DNA of 63,376 nt, filler included, from Choristocarpus tenellus KU-1152 (lineage: Eukaryota; Protista; Phaeophyceae), in assembly GCA_964200185.2 (NCBI GenBank). It is 9 parts of 9 records of this genome, joined end to end, with 100 filler letters (N's around TTAATTAATTAA, not from the genome) between each part and the next. Parts side by side here need not be neighbours in the genome. Positions count along the whole stretch, not along the records: positions 20,741 to 48,665 come from CAXNAD020000135.1; 8 more parts are not named here. One strand, written 5' to 3'. The position numbers and the translations under genes are program-made. The notes under the pieces are model-generated. The model saw nothing but the letters and a program-made list of their open reading frames with translations. It made no database searches and was not told the origin of the DNA. Below are positions 29,920-43,711 of the stretch, in pieces (within the stretch, counting starts at the first letter, position 1; every line of letters begins with the position of its first letter).

Positions 29920-32053
29920 ATGCCCCGGTCACGTCGGGAGCAGAAAGTATCCCTGACGAATACAGGGAAGAAGGGTCGAGAGCTTAAGCAGGGGGTAGTG
30001 AACGAGATACGCAAGTGTGTGGATGAGTACTCTAGCATCTTCGTTTTTACCTACCGTAACCTACGCAGCAAGCTGCTGAAGGATGTGCGCCTGGACTTCC
30101 GATCCGATAGCCGATTTTTTATGGGCAAGAATAAGGTCATGATGCTAGCGCTTGGCAAGACACTGGAGGATGAATACCAAGACAACCTGCGACAAGTCAG
30201 CAAACGACTTAAGGGACAGGTGTGGTTTCTCACCTGTTATTCATTTATTTCAAACCATGTTGATGCTAAAGTGACCAAGTATCTGTGCGCTAATTCCCTA
30301 TACTTTGATATTGCCTCTCACAAGTCATGTAGCAGCTAAAATGCTTCAGCAAAATATACTCTTGCCACCGCTGGATCTCTAGCGACCCTTACACCTGAAG
30401 TTTGTTGCTACCATGAAGTTCTCCCTTGCAATCATGGCGTTATCTTGAAGCGAGAGCTTCCTCAGTTTTAGAACGTCTATATTGCGACCTGCAGTTTGAG
30501 CCCTATCTAATCCAAGGACATGCTCCGTCCAGAGCTGGTAGTACAATGTGATGGGGGTGGTGGCGCTAGTGATATCAAATACAATGGTTTTAACTCCATC
30601 CGTTCTCTGTACTGAATCCAACCAATATATCACTTACTTGCAGGTTGGCTTGCTGTTCACCAATAAGCCAAAGGCTGAGGTTGAGAAATATTTCTCGTCC
30701 CTCGCAGTTCCTGATTTTGCTGCGTCAGGTTTCGTCCACAACGAAACTATCATTCTTCCGACAGGATCCCTGGGAAATTGGCCAGTATCGATGTTAGAGC
30801 AGTTTCGAAAACTGGGGGTAGTGGTGGAGGTGGAGGACGGAGTGCTGGTAAATCGAAAGGCGATCAACATGTGCACAAAGGGGGAGCCAATAACACCAGA
30901 AGGGGCCAAGCTGCTGGTGAGTTTCATTGGTCGTGCGAAGGGAAATGTTGGGTACTTGGATTCGGGACCCTCCTTGTTGATAAAGTCAAGGCCTTGAGTA
31001 GAGATGGCTTACATTAGAAGAAAGGATTTTTGTCGGTGCATTGTTGCTGTTGAGATCTCCTGTAGGAATGTGTTTTGCCCAAGTGATATCTTCGATGGTG
31101 AGGGTTGTTTCTGCTGCAGTTGCATGATGTATATCAAGCATATGCAAAGACTCTCCAATCTAGCTAAGTTATCGGATTATACTGTAAGAGAAAGTGGGTA
31201 TTTTGTGTTGTCATTTTGTGTCGTTGTTCTGTGTTAGTTTCATATAGTGTGGTTACATGAAGGTAAGCACGAAGCGGTTGATTAAGAGGGTTGGCAAGCA
31301 CAAGCAACATTTGAACGCCAAAACTCAAGCGTTTTGTGTCACAAATTGGTGTGTATTGTGTATTGTGTATTGTCCACAACAGTATCCCCTTCAAAAAAAT
31401 TCAGTTTGACCAGTAGGCACGAACAGATAGTACTACAACTTTGGCCATGTTGAATATATTGACACATTGCCAATTATTGACCGAAGCATTGTGTTTCTTG
31501 TTATGAGTTAAATGTACCTACTAAATATTATTAGTGTCTTTTGAAAATTTCATGTGTTCGATTGTAGTCAAAAGTTGTGCACAGCTCACATATTTTTCCG
31601 CAGAGCGCTGAGTTCTGCGTGATTCTGTGAGCAGAGTGAATGCGCACCAAGAAATAGCCAATTGAAAGTCATTTCTCAATTTCAGGTTTAGATTAATCAC
31701 GATTTAATCAAATCTGAGCTATTATATTCCTATGACTCACCGGGGTAGTTTTGTGTCTTTTCGTTCTAAGGTACCATCACGGGCACTCATATTGGACAGA
31801 CTCCGGCTTGACTGTTTGGTCCTCGCTCTTCTTCCTTAGGTACAAGATTGTGTGACATCAACTACCAAAACGCAGAGACCGTCCCTTCTTCAAATTAACC
31901 CTTCTTGTCTATGTCTCCCCTCCTCAGGCGCTCCACGACAAAAAGATTACGGTATTTAAAATTGTACTGGCTTGCTACTGGAGTAATGGCGAATTTGAGG
32001 AGTTGACTCCTTTAGAGGAGGATCAGAATGATGATGCAATGGCCGAAGGATAG
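29920..32053 (+). CDS. MRT4: Ribosome assembly factor Mrt4 (uL10/P0 paralogue), complete, 232 aa
   Basis: Exons 29920-30219, 30644-30916 and 31928-32053. Motifs MPRSRR..KVSLT.T.KKG, SRFFMGKNKVM..ALG, LKGQVGLLFTN and CTKGEPITPEGAKLL. Confidence 0.95.
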
Positions 32054-33275
32054 ACCTGTTTCTTCACAATGTCAGGAGCGATAGTGCTCTGTGTTGTGAT
32101 TGAGCTGAGCTTCTTGCCATTGATGTCTTAGTGATGCTTTTGTTTTTGTGTCAAAATTGGTAGTGGTACAATAGTCTTGTTGCCCATTTGTCGTCCTCTT
32201 TTTGGGGTACATTGTAAGTTTATGTTTGTCTATCTCTGTGCAGTTTATTAGATAAAAGGGGAAAGAGAGGTGGCAATTTGTTGTGCTTTAATATATGTAA
32301 GATCCATATTCCTTAACTGAGGTACGTACCTTTTGCAACTACATTCTTTGCTGTGGGTTGCTGTCTAGTATGCAGTACCATGTCTTAAATGTTTACATAT
32401 GATGGATGTTCATAGCCAGGAGATTCATAGCTCTCCGATTTTGAATCCTTTCACCTCTCACATTGGACACTTAAATTCAATTCTCATACACATAATTGGT
32501 GCCATGAATCAGAGTTGCAAATATATTTCGTTTCTTGAGCACAGGTCATTTGGTGCTCCACCAAAAGATGATAACTTCTCCCTACCATGAAGAGGCACAG
32601 AGGTGGTGTTGGGCAAACCACCAGTTGCATAATTGTAGGATCAATCAGTGCTGTGTAGACAGAGCCGCCCATGCCTGCAGAGGTTAACCTAAAAGTAGTA
32701 TGTATCTAGACTTAACTCAATGGGTTGTGTAAAACAAATCCTATTGGATACTTATCACTTTCTCAAAGTATACAGCCAAATATCAAACCCAAGACACAAG
32801 AAACAAAGATTTTGCCATCCAGTTGGCGTCCTGTGAGTGCTAAAATATGTCTTCACCGTCAGAAGGTAAATATCAGGACATGCTTTGACAAATAAAAAAT
32901 AGGCAACAAGTGACAGGTGAGCTTCAACTTCATCACTTGGTATTCACAATATTTTAAATATTCAAATTGTATGTACATGTTCCTTCTACCCCATTGGCAA
33001 TGTGGTGTATACATAGATGTGTCAGCTTGTAAGTGCTAGAAAAGTAGTATCCAGCATTGTTTGACTTTACTGTACAGTACAGCACAATACAGGCATCACA
33101 AGGCACCTCACTTATAATTGAGAAGCCTTAAAATCATATCCCATACTTTTATTTCACTTTCCGCCTCTTAAAAATAACAAAAAAGGTGTGGTAATGCTAC
33201 ATGCAGGGACACAACACTAGCTGAGGAAATTTGACAACCATTTACCTGCCCCCCTTTCCCAACCTGGGTTCACTG

Positions 33276-36200
33276 CTATCCTGGATGAAATGAATCGGGT
33301 GCAGCTGCTAAGGGTATTCCATAACACACAGGTGCTAGCCCCACAATGTGCTTCATTTTACACTCCCTCCTTGCCCAGGCCACAGCATGCGACAGGGTTG
33401 GTGCTCTTGAGCTCCTGGACGCATTCCTCCCTTCAACAGGTTCTGATCCCTTCCCTACAAAGAACTCAAGAAGTGCCATACTGAACCGATCAATATCCTT
33501 GTCTGTCACATCCCAAAGATTCGAGACAACAGCAGGGCTGCCTCCTACCAGGTACCCAGAGACCATCCCTGAGGGCTCAAACTCTCCATACCCCTTGAGC
33601 CGGCCACTGCTACAGCCCATGAGGATTGCTGCAGCACACCTCGGCAGCCCTGCCACTGCTTCACGATCAACAAGCAGCTCTCCTGCACCATGCCCACAGT
33701 AGACGAAGAGGTCAGCATCCTCAGCCAAACTCCTCTTAATGAGTGGTCCTATGTCCAATCCAACTGAGGCCTGCCCTGTTATACCTGCCCAACCCAATCG
33801 GTGTTCCAGGGCTGAGAATGTTGGCTCCAGCAATGTTCGGGTTCGGGGAAGGTTGTCCTCTGGGTCAAGGACATAAAATGCTCTGTTGAGGCGTATACCA
33901 TTCCTTGCTGGAAGCCAACAAGCCTCTGTACCTTTTTCATCCCCAGTTGTCCTATCTGCTGCAGTTGCATTTGTGGTGGTGCGCCACCTTCCCCTGCAGC
34001 CACCCCTTCCCCCAATTCCTCCCCAATCTGGATCCTGGCTGCTACTAGCCCCATTGGTATTTGCTCTCCATGCTGTGTCCAAGGCAGAAAAGACAAATGG
34101 CAACGCCGGGAGGCGAGTAACCGGATGCTCCTGGAGGCTGGGTAGCCCCTCCCAAGGAATAGCCTGGAGTTCCTCATCAAGAACCAACAGCACAGGGTGT
34201 CGATCTGGATACAGCAAGGTTGGTTCTGTTTCCCCCTTGGCCACACCATCATCCCCCAGGTCTTTCCAGTTGACACCTCTGTCTCCCAATGTTGCAGCTA
34301 CTGGGCTATTCCCTTGATGCCATCCATGTTTAAGGTTTTCTGCTGCTTGGTCTTTCATAGAGCATGTTGCTTCCACAAACTCCCCCCTTCCTTCTGGATT
34401 CTGCTGCCCCACCATGACCCCCTCTAATTGCAGGGCCTCCTCAAGTCTCCCCAGTAAATCAGCCTTTTTCCTCAGACCAGTGAGGCTTAAGCCTCTCGAT
34501 GAAAGTTCTGCTCGCAGCTCAGCAACTTTCAACTTGGACAACGACGCTCTATCTATCCTACTCTCAACCACCGTCTTTGCTGCGGTAATAGGTGAGGCCA
34601 GGGCCAGCGAGATCTGAGGCAGCGGGGTCAAGTCAGAGGGAGATCCTCCAGGGTCTTCCCCACCATTTACGTCAGTTTCGCCCCTCGTACTACGACTTGT
34701 CTCTACCTCAATGCCCCTCCTAGACACTGGTGACAAGTCAGTAGCACTTTTCTTCCAGGCTGACCTCTGCATGCCGTCTACACGACCACAACCTACTGTG
34801 CTGGTGCTAGCACTGCCATTGCTGCTACCCCGAGCCACTGGAGCAAATGCCGAGGCAACCACTGCACAGATGTCCTTCACTAGCGCCTCCTCCTCATTCG
34901 TCGAGAGCAACACGCCAGCAAGACGCACAACCCTCCTCCAACCCATCTCATCCATCAAGTTCCCTCCATGTACAGAAATATGCACGAGTTCTATAATTAC
35001 TGCTGCCGCAGCTGATTCCACTCCCACCACCTCCCCATCCTCCACCGGTACTGCTGTGGTAACATATGGCACAGTGGTATCATCAGAACCCGGAACAACT
35101 GTTTGACCAGCACCGCTGGCCTTCTTTCCCCTGCTCTTCCCTCTCCCCTTTCCATTCTTCCCTCTCCTACTGGCAGTCACACCTGCACCACCTCCTCCAC
35201 TCCATTTTCCCTTTTTGATACTTGTCCCTGCTACAGGCACAGAGGACGCAGCTTCAGAAATCTTCTGCACCACAATTTTACAGGCGTTATCAAGCCTCAT
35301 CCTTAGCCCCTCATCAACCACCCCCCCCAGTAAGACTGCCGCCAGACCCTGGCTATTCAACCAACATTGCTCCATCTCTTCCAGAAGATCACGCACAGCC
35401 TCATCCACTGCCGCCCGGCGATCCCACCACCCAGCCTTCTGTCGATTGTTCCATGTCGCCGCCTCTTTGGCTCCATGGCCCCGTAATGTTGCCTGGTTCT
35501 CTTCCATTATCCCTCGCCAGCGCTCCAGAAAGGTATCCCCCCCTTCTCCCAGTGGTACAGATAGAGTCAGGGGTTTGTGACCATAGCGGAGGCGGGTCAC
35601 AAGAAGTTGTCTTGAAGAGTGTATTCCACCTGTGGTCACACCCTCAGCAGCTGCAGTCAGGCACATACTTATGACTGTCCACTCTGAAGGAAGCTTGGAT
35701 TGGACAGCCTCCTCGAGGTATGCAGCCTCTGAGAGGAATTTGGTACCAGAATTATAGTCATTGATGGAAACAAAGCATAGGGGGGGAGGGCACCACAGGG
35801 GGGGGGGAAGGTACATGTGAGTATGTATGTGTGCGTGTGATAAAACAGATAATTATAGGTTTGTACTACATACGATTCATGCTGGTTTGTTGTTGGTACT
35901 AATGGTAAGTGGAAGGACTCTACATATCTGCTTGCTGTGACAATTACAGGATAAACAGAGGCTAATTTGGACCTTTCAGGGGGGGGAGGATGTTGGGGTT
36001 GAATCGCCATTACATAAGGGGCAGGTGGTACAAGTCATGATTATGTTGGGTATTTACTTGGGTGCAATGTTTTTTCTGTAAATTTGATTGAAATTTCAAG
36101 AGAAGCCGGATGGAAAAAGCAGATTGGTGACCTCATATTGATTGGAAATTGCTTAGATATGCTTTCAATAGCTGAGTACTCTGGCTTCTTTCTGTATCTC

Positions 36201-36658
36201 CTCCCAGCAATCATAGCTGGAAGAATAAGCAAGATCATACTTCCTACTCTTGTGTATGAAGTGTAATGGGATGGGGTGCCTCTAGGTTTCTTTTCATTTT
36301 CCTAATTCAGTGCCCCTATTGTTTTGAGACCCAAACAGGAGATTAACTGTTCTAGAACTCTCAAATATGATCCTATCTACAAGTCCACAAAAAAAAGTTA
36401 AGACTTGACTGCACGGATCACAACACGGAATAGAGCTTGACTGATACAATTTACTCTGTGTGCGAACAAGGCGCAGTACAGCCTCTGGGACAACAATTGA
36501 AAGATAAGGCTCAGAGTATCTGGAGGAGAGGGTGGCAGCTGTCCATTTGGGACCTGTTTTTCCATGTCACGATTTTTAGGTATTTGGTTGCACATGTCGG
36601 ATGGATAACTTAGGTTCACTTCTCTGGGCTAGGGCCTGAATGGGCACCCTGGTGTAGA

Positions 36659-36690
<32 letters not shown>

Positions 36691-39600
36691 CCCCCCGAAA
36701 CAACGGGGGAGAAAAAGCAGCCACACACCCCCCCCTTTTCTGTCGTTTTNNNNNNNNNNCCCCCCCCCCCCCCAAGATACTTTGACCCATAAGGAAGATG
36801 GGGAATAAAGGGCTCACTATGCACATACCATTTGTTGGCATCTGGTTAATAGTGGGAAGGCCATTTATACCAGAGTGCGATTTCTTCTTCCTTTCAATAA
36901 TGAATTACATGTCTGAAGGAGCACGCTACGCTAAGGGCCAAAAGAAGTGAACTGTCCCTTCTTAACAACCTGTAGAAACGAAAAGTTGTTTTCTCACCTT
37001 TTTGTTGAGGAGTGCCTTTGGTATGGTCAGGGATTGCCACATCCACTCTATCCCCAGTCACAACTCCACCACCTTCACCAAAACTCTGGAACAGTCTAAG
37101 CCCTGCTGGAACCCGATCATGGGCACCATGGTCGCTATGGTCATTACATTCACCACAACTTTTGATATTCTGGTGACTACATTGACCTCCCCAGCTCTTG
37201 GCAACCTTAGAAAAAACCTGGTTGCAGTGCATGATGCCAATGGAAAGGCTCACCAAGGATGCCACCTGCCAAGACACACTAATACCCGCTTTGGCTGTTT
37301 TCCTTCCCCCAACTGCCCCCACCACCCCCTCCACTGTCTTCAGACTTCCCCTGTCAATGAGGGCCACAGCCAATGCCCGACGTACCATGCGAACTAGACT
37401 GGGAGTACCAGCAGCAGAAACAAGGCACTCTGCCATCTCTAATAGACCTTGAGCACCCAATACGTTCCCCGCATCCAGTTTAGCATGTCCCAAGTGGTAG
37501 GCGGCCATTGCTCGATCAAGGGCAGAAGCCCCCTCCAACGTCATGCAGCTCCGGTATAATTCTTCTGCATCAGAGGATGGAGCACCAATGAGGGAGAGAA
37601 GACGGCCATGGCGCCAACGCAGCCTTGCAAGGAGGGCACAGGCTCGCCAACCAAATACCGGCTCTCCTTCCTTCCCCTCTTGAATCTCTGTAGCCCTATC
37701 ACCCTCTGCAGCCCTTACCCCACCGACTGAAACAATCCATTGACCCCTGCCACTGCTGACTCCTTCAACAGCCTCCAAGGGTGCACTTCCCACAACGCAA
37801 TGACTATCACAGTGTTCAACAATGTGTCCACCCTTGCCCAGCGGGGGTGTTGCTGCAGTGGGGTATAGCATGGCACCAGTGGCCTCAACAAGAGGGGCCA
37901 ATGCCGCCTCACCTGACACACACGCTGCAAGTGCACCACGGAAGTCCCCACGCCGTCGGAGAAGATCTACCTCCACCACCAGGACCTCTGCCTCACTCAA
38001 CAACTGCTCCCAGCAACACAGGTACAGTGTACATGCCCCTCCTCCGATTACTGCAAGCATAAGGGGGAATCTGCTGTGTTCACCACCTAGTGACTGGAGG
38101 CTGGTCTTGGCTCCATTGCCATGGGTGGCACTGTTGGTGTTGCCAATGGGTTCTGTCCTGGCCTTGGTTGCTATCACCTGCTCTACTGCTAATTCCTTTG
38201 GGTGTTGAGAGTCACCACAAGAGCACCTTGGGCAACCGCGAGTCCTAACAGTCTGAGCACCTACTAATGATGCCCCAGAGCCGGAGGCAACAGATGGTGG
38301 TCCTTTCCCAACCCCCCCACCTCCCACCCCCGAAGTCAGAAGGGTCTCACAGACCCTCAGCAGACGTTCAGCACGGTCAAAATTGTGCATTTGAGTGGAC
38401 AGCTCCACTTCTTCAAGGAGACAGCTGCGCAAGAGATGTGCTGAATGCACCTGTTCAGCGACAATACATGACTGCCTCAGGTATCCACCAGACTTTCGTG
38501 CAAACCCCCTCATTCTCCACAACCGCCCCATATGCACCAGCCCTTCCAGGTACAGTGAAAGCCACCTTGAGTTCATTGTCACAAATTTGGACTGCCCCTT
38601 CCCCCTTGTCGGCCCCTGTCCCTCTTTCTCTTCCTGTTGCCCTTGCCCCACCCGATCTCCCTCCTCACACTCATCCACTTTGCTACTCTCTCGCCCCACA
38701 CCTTCCTCTTCATCATTCCTGAAACTCTTCTCCTCTTCATCAAAGACTGTTTCCGCACGCTTTGAGAGTGAGACCATCCATCTATCAGGCCCCAGTGAGA
38801 CTCCAGTTGAAGCCCAGAGATGGCACAGACTGAGAACTTGGCGGAGTTCTCCCATCGCCTCTACCAGACGTCCCTGCATCTCAAAGAGCCATGACAGAGC
38901 CATGCCTACCACACACTCCAAGTGTACTCCCATGCCCCTGTTCTCAAGTTGCAACTTCCCCCCACCTCCCAGCGCCCTCGCCGTCCGCTGAGCATCAAGC
39001 AGTGCGGTCTCCGCTCTGCTAACCCCTCCCCACTCCTCAGCCAGGCAAAGACCGTGCAAAATATCAACAGATATCTTTACTACTGTGAAATCTCCTGAGC
39101 TGCCATCACCGGGACATTCCCCCATTTGCTCACACATATTGCCACACAGTTTCTCTATGGCAGCATCTCGATAAGAGTGGGAGAGGGAGGGAAGTGCCGC
39201 AACATGGTAAGCTGTGCCAATGCCTCCCAGCGCAGATACAAGTGCAATAACATCCTGCAGGGACTCACCTGCCTCAGCCCTCGACACCCCAACCCAACTG
39301 GACAATCTCCTGCCCAAAACCAAGACCCTGAGCTTACCCACTTGCACTTGCCGCAACATGTCCCCATGCAGGGCATAGTGTGACTCTAGCACCTCTAAGG
39401 AGCCAAGAATGACATCCACAAACATTGGCCAAGGTTCACCAATACGGCTGGTACTGGAGGCCATGGTGTCATGGCTCAGCCCTGATCCAATACCAGGCCT
39501 CCACCCAGCTTCTCTGATAGCCTTGTCCAGAAGGTCGAGTCCTTCATCCATAGCATTCAGTGACCCATGTCCTTCCCCCTCCCCCTTCTCCCTGTCATCA

Positions 39601-42600
39601 TCACATCGTTCAAACAGGTCTCGCAGTAGCAACGCACGAGTGCATGCACATACACCTGCTGCCGCCACAATCTCTGGAGAGGAATCACCCCTCACCTTGG
39701 CCATTATCTCCTCTGCCATGAGAGTGTCCTCCATGGCACCTGTGAGGTTGGCATGGATGTTAATAGACTCCCCCCCATGCTGCGATCTGCCTGAAGACAA
39801 TCCAAGAAGCACCTTGCTATCATCTGCACCTTCCTCTTTACCAATACCCCTTGCCACTGCCCCAACATCATGGAAGAATAGATCATGCTCCAGCTGTGCT
39901 GCTCTAATGAGGACACCAGTCCACAGCAGCAACACATTCACCTCATACCCATCCCTTTCTGTGGTATCCCCCACATCCCCACCCCATTCCAAGGCGCACA
40001 TCTCCAGGAGGGCAGCAGTGCAGCGTCGGTGTCCCAACACACACATTGCCACAGCACCTTCGCCACTCCTACTCTCACCAGTACCTTGACTCTCCCTCCC
40101 AGACGGCATTCGACCAGGCCTCTGCCCAATGTACAACTGTAGATGAAAATTGTAGGCCCGGCTCTCCTCCAGGAGCAGAGCAACAACGGCCTCAGTAGGG
40201 AGTCCCTCCCTGTGCCTTAGCTTCAAATTTTCAGCCAGGTCCAGTGCAGGAACAACAGATACTGTCTCCTCATCAGAGGGTAGTAGACCATGACCATCAG
40301 TCAGGTATCTTATGGTGTCATTTACAGCAACAGAGCGATGGGATTGAGTCCCAACATTGACAGATGCAGTCACAGCACGGAGCTTACATGCCACAAACCT
40401 CTTAACCAGGGAATGAGTACCTGCTGAGGAGGGAGTAGGGACACAACCTCTGTCTGCAGAGGGGTGGCACCAGAAATCAGCACAGAATGACACTGCCCTT
40501 GCAGCAGCAACCACACTTGCCTTGGCCTCCCCACAAACTTGGAGGGCTCTACTGAGCACAGATAAGCGGAGGTCTAGCTGGATAGAGCGAAGATGGTTCC
40601 CTATATCCCTTCTATGGCTGCCACTGCTACTTGCACTGCAGCCAGTATCAGATTCCTCTTTCAGTGCCCACTCCTCAAGAAGACGGCACCCCTGTGTGAG
40701 CCCTATGAGGGCCCTATCTGTTTGGTCAGTATCCAACAGGGTCTTTCCTAGGTTGAACCACCCCACACCAATTCGTCTGGCATGAGCTCCAGGGGTTTTG
40801 TCACCAAGCACTCCATACAGTTCCTCAGCACCCCTCAGGGCCACCAGAGCCTGTGTTTCATGCTCACTCTCTTTGCTACTTAAGCTGCTTCCTCTGCTTT
40901 TACTACTGCCCCTGCTCTGGCTGCCCCCACACTGGCTTCCATCCCGCCCTCTCACAACCACACATGCGTCTACCCCAGCAAGAAGTGCTGTGCTCAAGTG
41001 TGCACCCTTAAGGTAGCTGTCCACAGCTACATCTGGTAGAGGGAGACTGGGGGGCACCCTGTTCCTGCCTCCCTCAGCATCTTCAGCCACCCTCACCACC
41101 ACTAGCCCTCTGCTCAGGTCTGCTAGGAGGATCAGGGAGCGTACATGCAACTGCCGCCACTCATCAAGCCCAGGCTGCCCAGTTCCCAACTTCACCAAGT
41201 CTGTTCGACCCAACTCTTCCACCCAGAGGGTTACAGTGCCACATGCCTTCCGAAGCCACTTCCATAGCTTGACAGCAAGGCCAGTAGCTACTACCCCATG
41301 CCCACCCTCATTTTTCTCTCTTTTGTTAATTCCTACTCCTCTCCTGGCGTCAGTTGAGGCTTTTGGAAGGGAATCACATACAGGCTGTAGGTATTCCAGG
41401 CCAAGTGACAAGTTGTGGTGCACTTCTGTTGCAACTTTGGATACAGGCTGAGGCTGTGTAGCTCCATTTTTGCCAGACACCCGGGGCTTTGACGCCAAAA
41501 GCTTTGTACCACTGTGAGCCTTTCCTTGCTTGGATGAAGGTGTTGAACCAACCGATCTTGGGGTAGGGTGAGAATTAAACTGTTGGGAGGTTTTCACAGA
41601 TGCTGCATGAAGCTTGAGTATGCCCAGGTACACAGTCGGGATGCTTTCCCACTCCAACAACACCCCCTGACCTGTGAATGGTCTGACATACTCATATGTG
41701 AGCTGAATGAGGACTTGTGCATTCTCATAGTTAGAAGCTCGCTCCAGCACCCCAGCGTAGTGTTGCAGCCAATCTACACGCCCCACATGCAAGGCCTTTT
41801 CATCCCCCTGATCCTCAGCTCCTCTCAAACTACAGCCACCTCTACCTGTATCTCCATCCACAGTCCTACCATCTAGTTTATTCCTGTCCACCATTGGCCA
41901 TCGCTCACCCAACCGAATGCGCAGAACTTCATGACATTGACCATAAAACCTTGCCAGGTCCTCTGCCCTTAAACCACCACAGCTGTCACCACCCCTAATG
42001 CTGCATTCGCTGCCTGCAGAGAGTCGCTCCAAGAAAACACCCGCACGATGCACATGGCTAACGTAAGTGTCAGCATCCCAATCTTTTTCCTTTGCTGCCA
42101 AGTATGCCAGTGCCATCACTCGTCCCTCCAGGCACTGTCGAGGGAGGGCACCATTGCTGGGTTCCTCTAAGCTGGAAGCCCCCCTCCACAGAAGCTTAAA
42201 CATGTGATCCCTGTAGGCATCTGGGGATATCAGCAAGGAGAGCAGGACAGTTCAACGAAGACCACCAGGTAGGTTTGATGGACTGGGATTAAGAGTACAA
42301 TGACAAGGTCTAAACCAAATTAGCGTACAAGTAATTTTGTGCAGCTGGGTGGAATGGGAGAGGGAAGACACATGACAACATACATTAACCAGATGTGTTG
42401 ATTATTTCAATTCAAGAAACACATCACATTCATCCCCTTACTACTTCAGGATAAAAATATACTCGCCAGCCTTTGCTGTGTCTCCCAGCTCAGCCACAAG
42501 GTTGATCCATGCCTTGCCACAGGCACCAAGCCTCACCATCATCAGCCTCAGCAAGGCTGCCGAGCCAACTTCGAGGCAGCATCTGCAGGCATTGAGGGTT

Positions 42601-43711
42601 GCTCCACTGACAAGTTTGGCAAAGTCCAAGGAGCACCCATTCTCTGGAGGGGCGAACTCCCCAATCCACTCGCTACGACCCCCTCTTCCCTTAACTTCCA
42701 CACACGGCTTGCCATCCGCGTCAACAACATGGCTAGAACCAGTAGAAGAATAATTTCCTGGAGTTGCTGTCGTGGCTGACAAGGAGCCAACCCCATCCAC
42801 CCCTTTTCGAAGGCACCTCTGGAGACATGCAGCAGCCCATAGTCCCAAGGGAAACTCGGTCAGGTCAATGCATCGAGCGAGTGCCTGGTACCAGAGCTTC
42901 TCCGTAGCTAGCCGACCAGCACCAACAAAAGGAAGTAGGAAGAGTAAGACTTCCAGGGCGTCACATGCAAGACGCAACGGTTCTGAGCACAGTCGGCAGA
43001 CGTGGTGGGTGGAGGAGAGGAATTGACATCATTTAAGGGTAAGAACATGTAGACTATTAGGAGATTAAAATTACACGAGAGCACCATGAGGGTTATCAAA
43101 AAAAAAACTGGAGATCTATTTGGCGTTCGATTTTAGTCAATGAATGCTTTCAGATTCGTGTGGTGTGTCCCTAACATTGTGCTTGTGAATGATCAAAGAT
43201 GACTGGGGAAATCTCTGTAAAAAGCACTAGAGAGTTGGAGAGGAAGCAAGAAGTACATACCCACTCCCCCTGTCTTATTCCTGAGTCCAGTCTGAGCGAT
43301 CCTCAAAAGTTCATTCGTATGCTTCTTGGCAGCTGTCCGAAGTCCTTCCTCGGACGACACTCCGGACGACACACATAGCCTCAACCTTGCCAAATGGTCG
43401 CGCAGGGTGCAAACAATGCCCTCGCCTGTCACAGATTTTCACTGGAAGTAAGTGAAGGAGTCATGGATCGAAGAAAATTTTCACTCAACATCGAGATTCC
43501 TGTCACATGTTTCAGGCCAGGATTCACCTCCTTGTCCATAGACAGGCTCCTCTGAGTCCGTTTTCGACACCTGATCTCGTCGAAGTGTGAGCTTGGACAA
43601 CTGGTCTACGAGCTCTTTGATTCTATCTCCCGGGATAGATGGATTTTTTGATATGGATTCCCCAGGTGCTTTCTTCGAATCCCCATTCAACCTCCCCTTC
43701 ACCCTTGCCAT
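33276..43711 (-). CDS. ESP1: Separase (peptidase C50), roughly 2800-2900 aa, with a SAP-like insertion
   Basis: Last exon 33276-35728 has WW..R..vD, LVLDEELQAIPWEGLP, YVLDPEDNL, FVYCGHGAG (catalytic His), LMGCSSG (catalytic Cys) and VVSNLWDVTDKDIDRF. It joins in phase 1 to the ~5.2-kb exon 36998-~42215. Upstream exons at about 42465-42995, 43260-43425 and 43528-43711 have less certain boundaries. Confidence 0.92.

Noticed and set aside
33290-43026. Many plus-strand ORFs of 60-226 aa overlapping separase
   Set aside because: Antisense shadows of a long GC-rich coding sequence; Ser/Pro-rich with no recognisable motifs.
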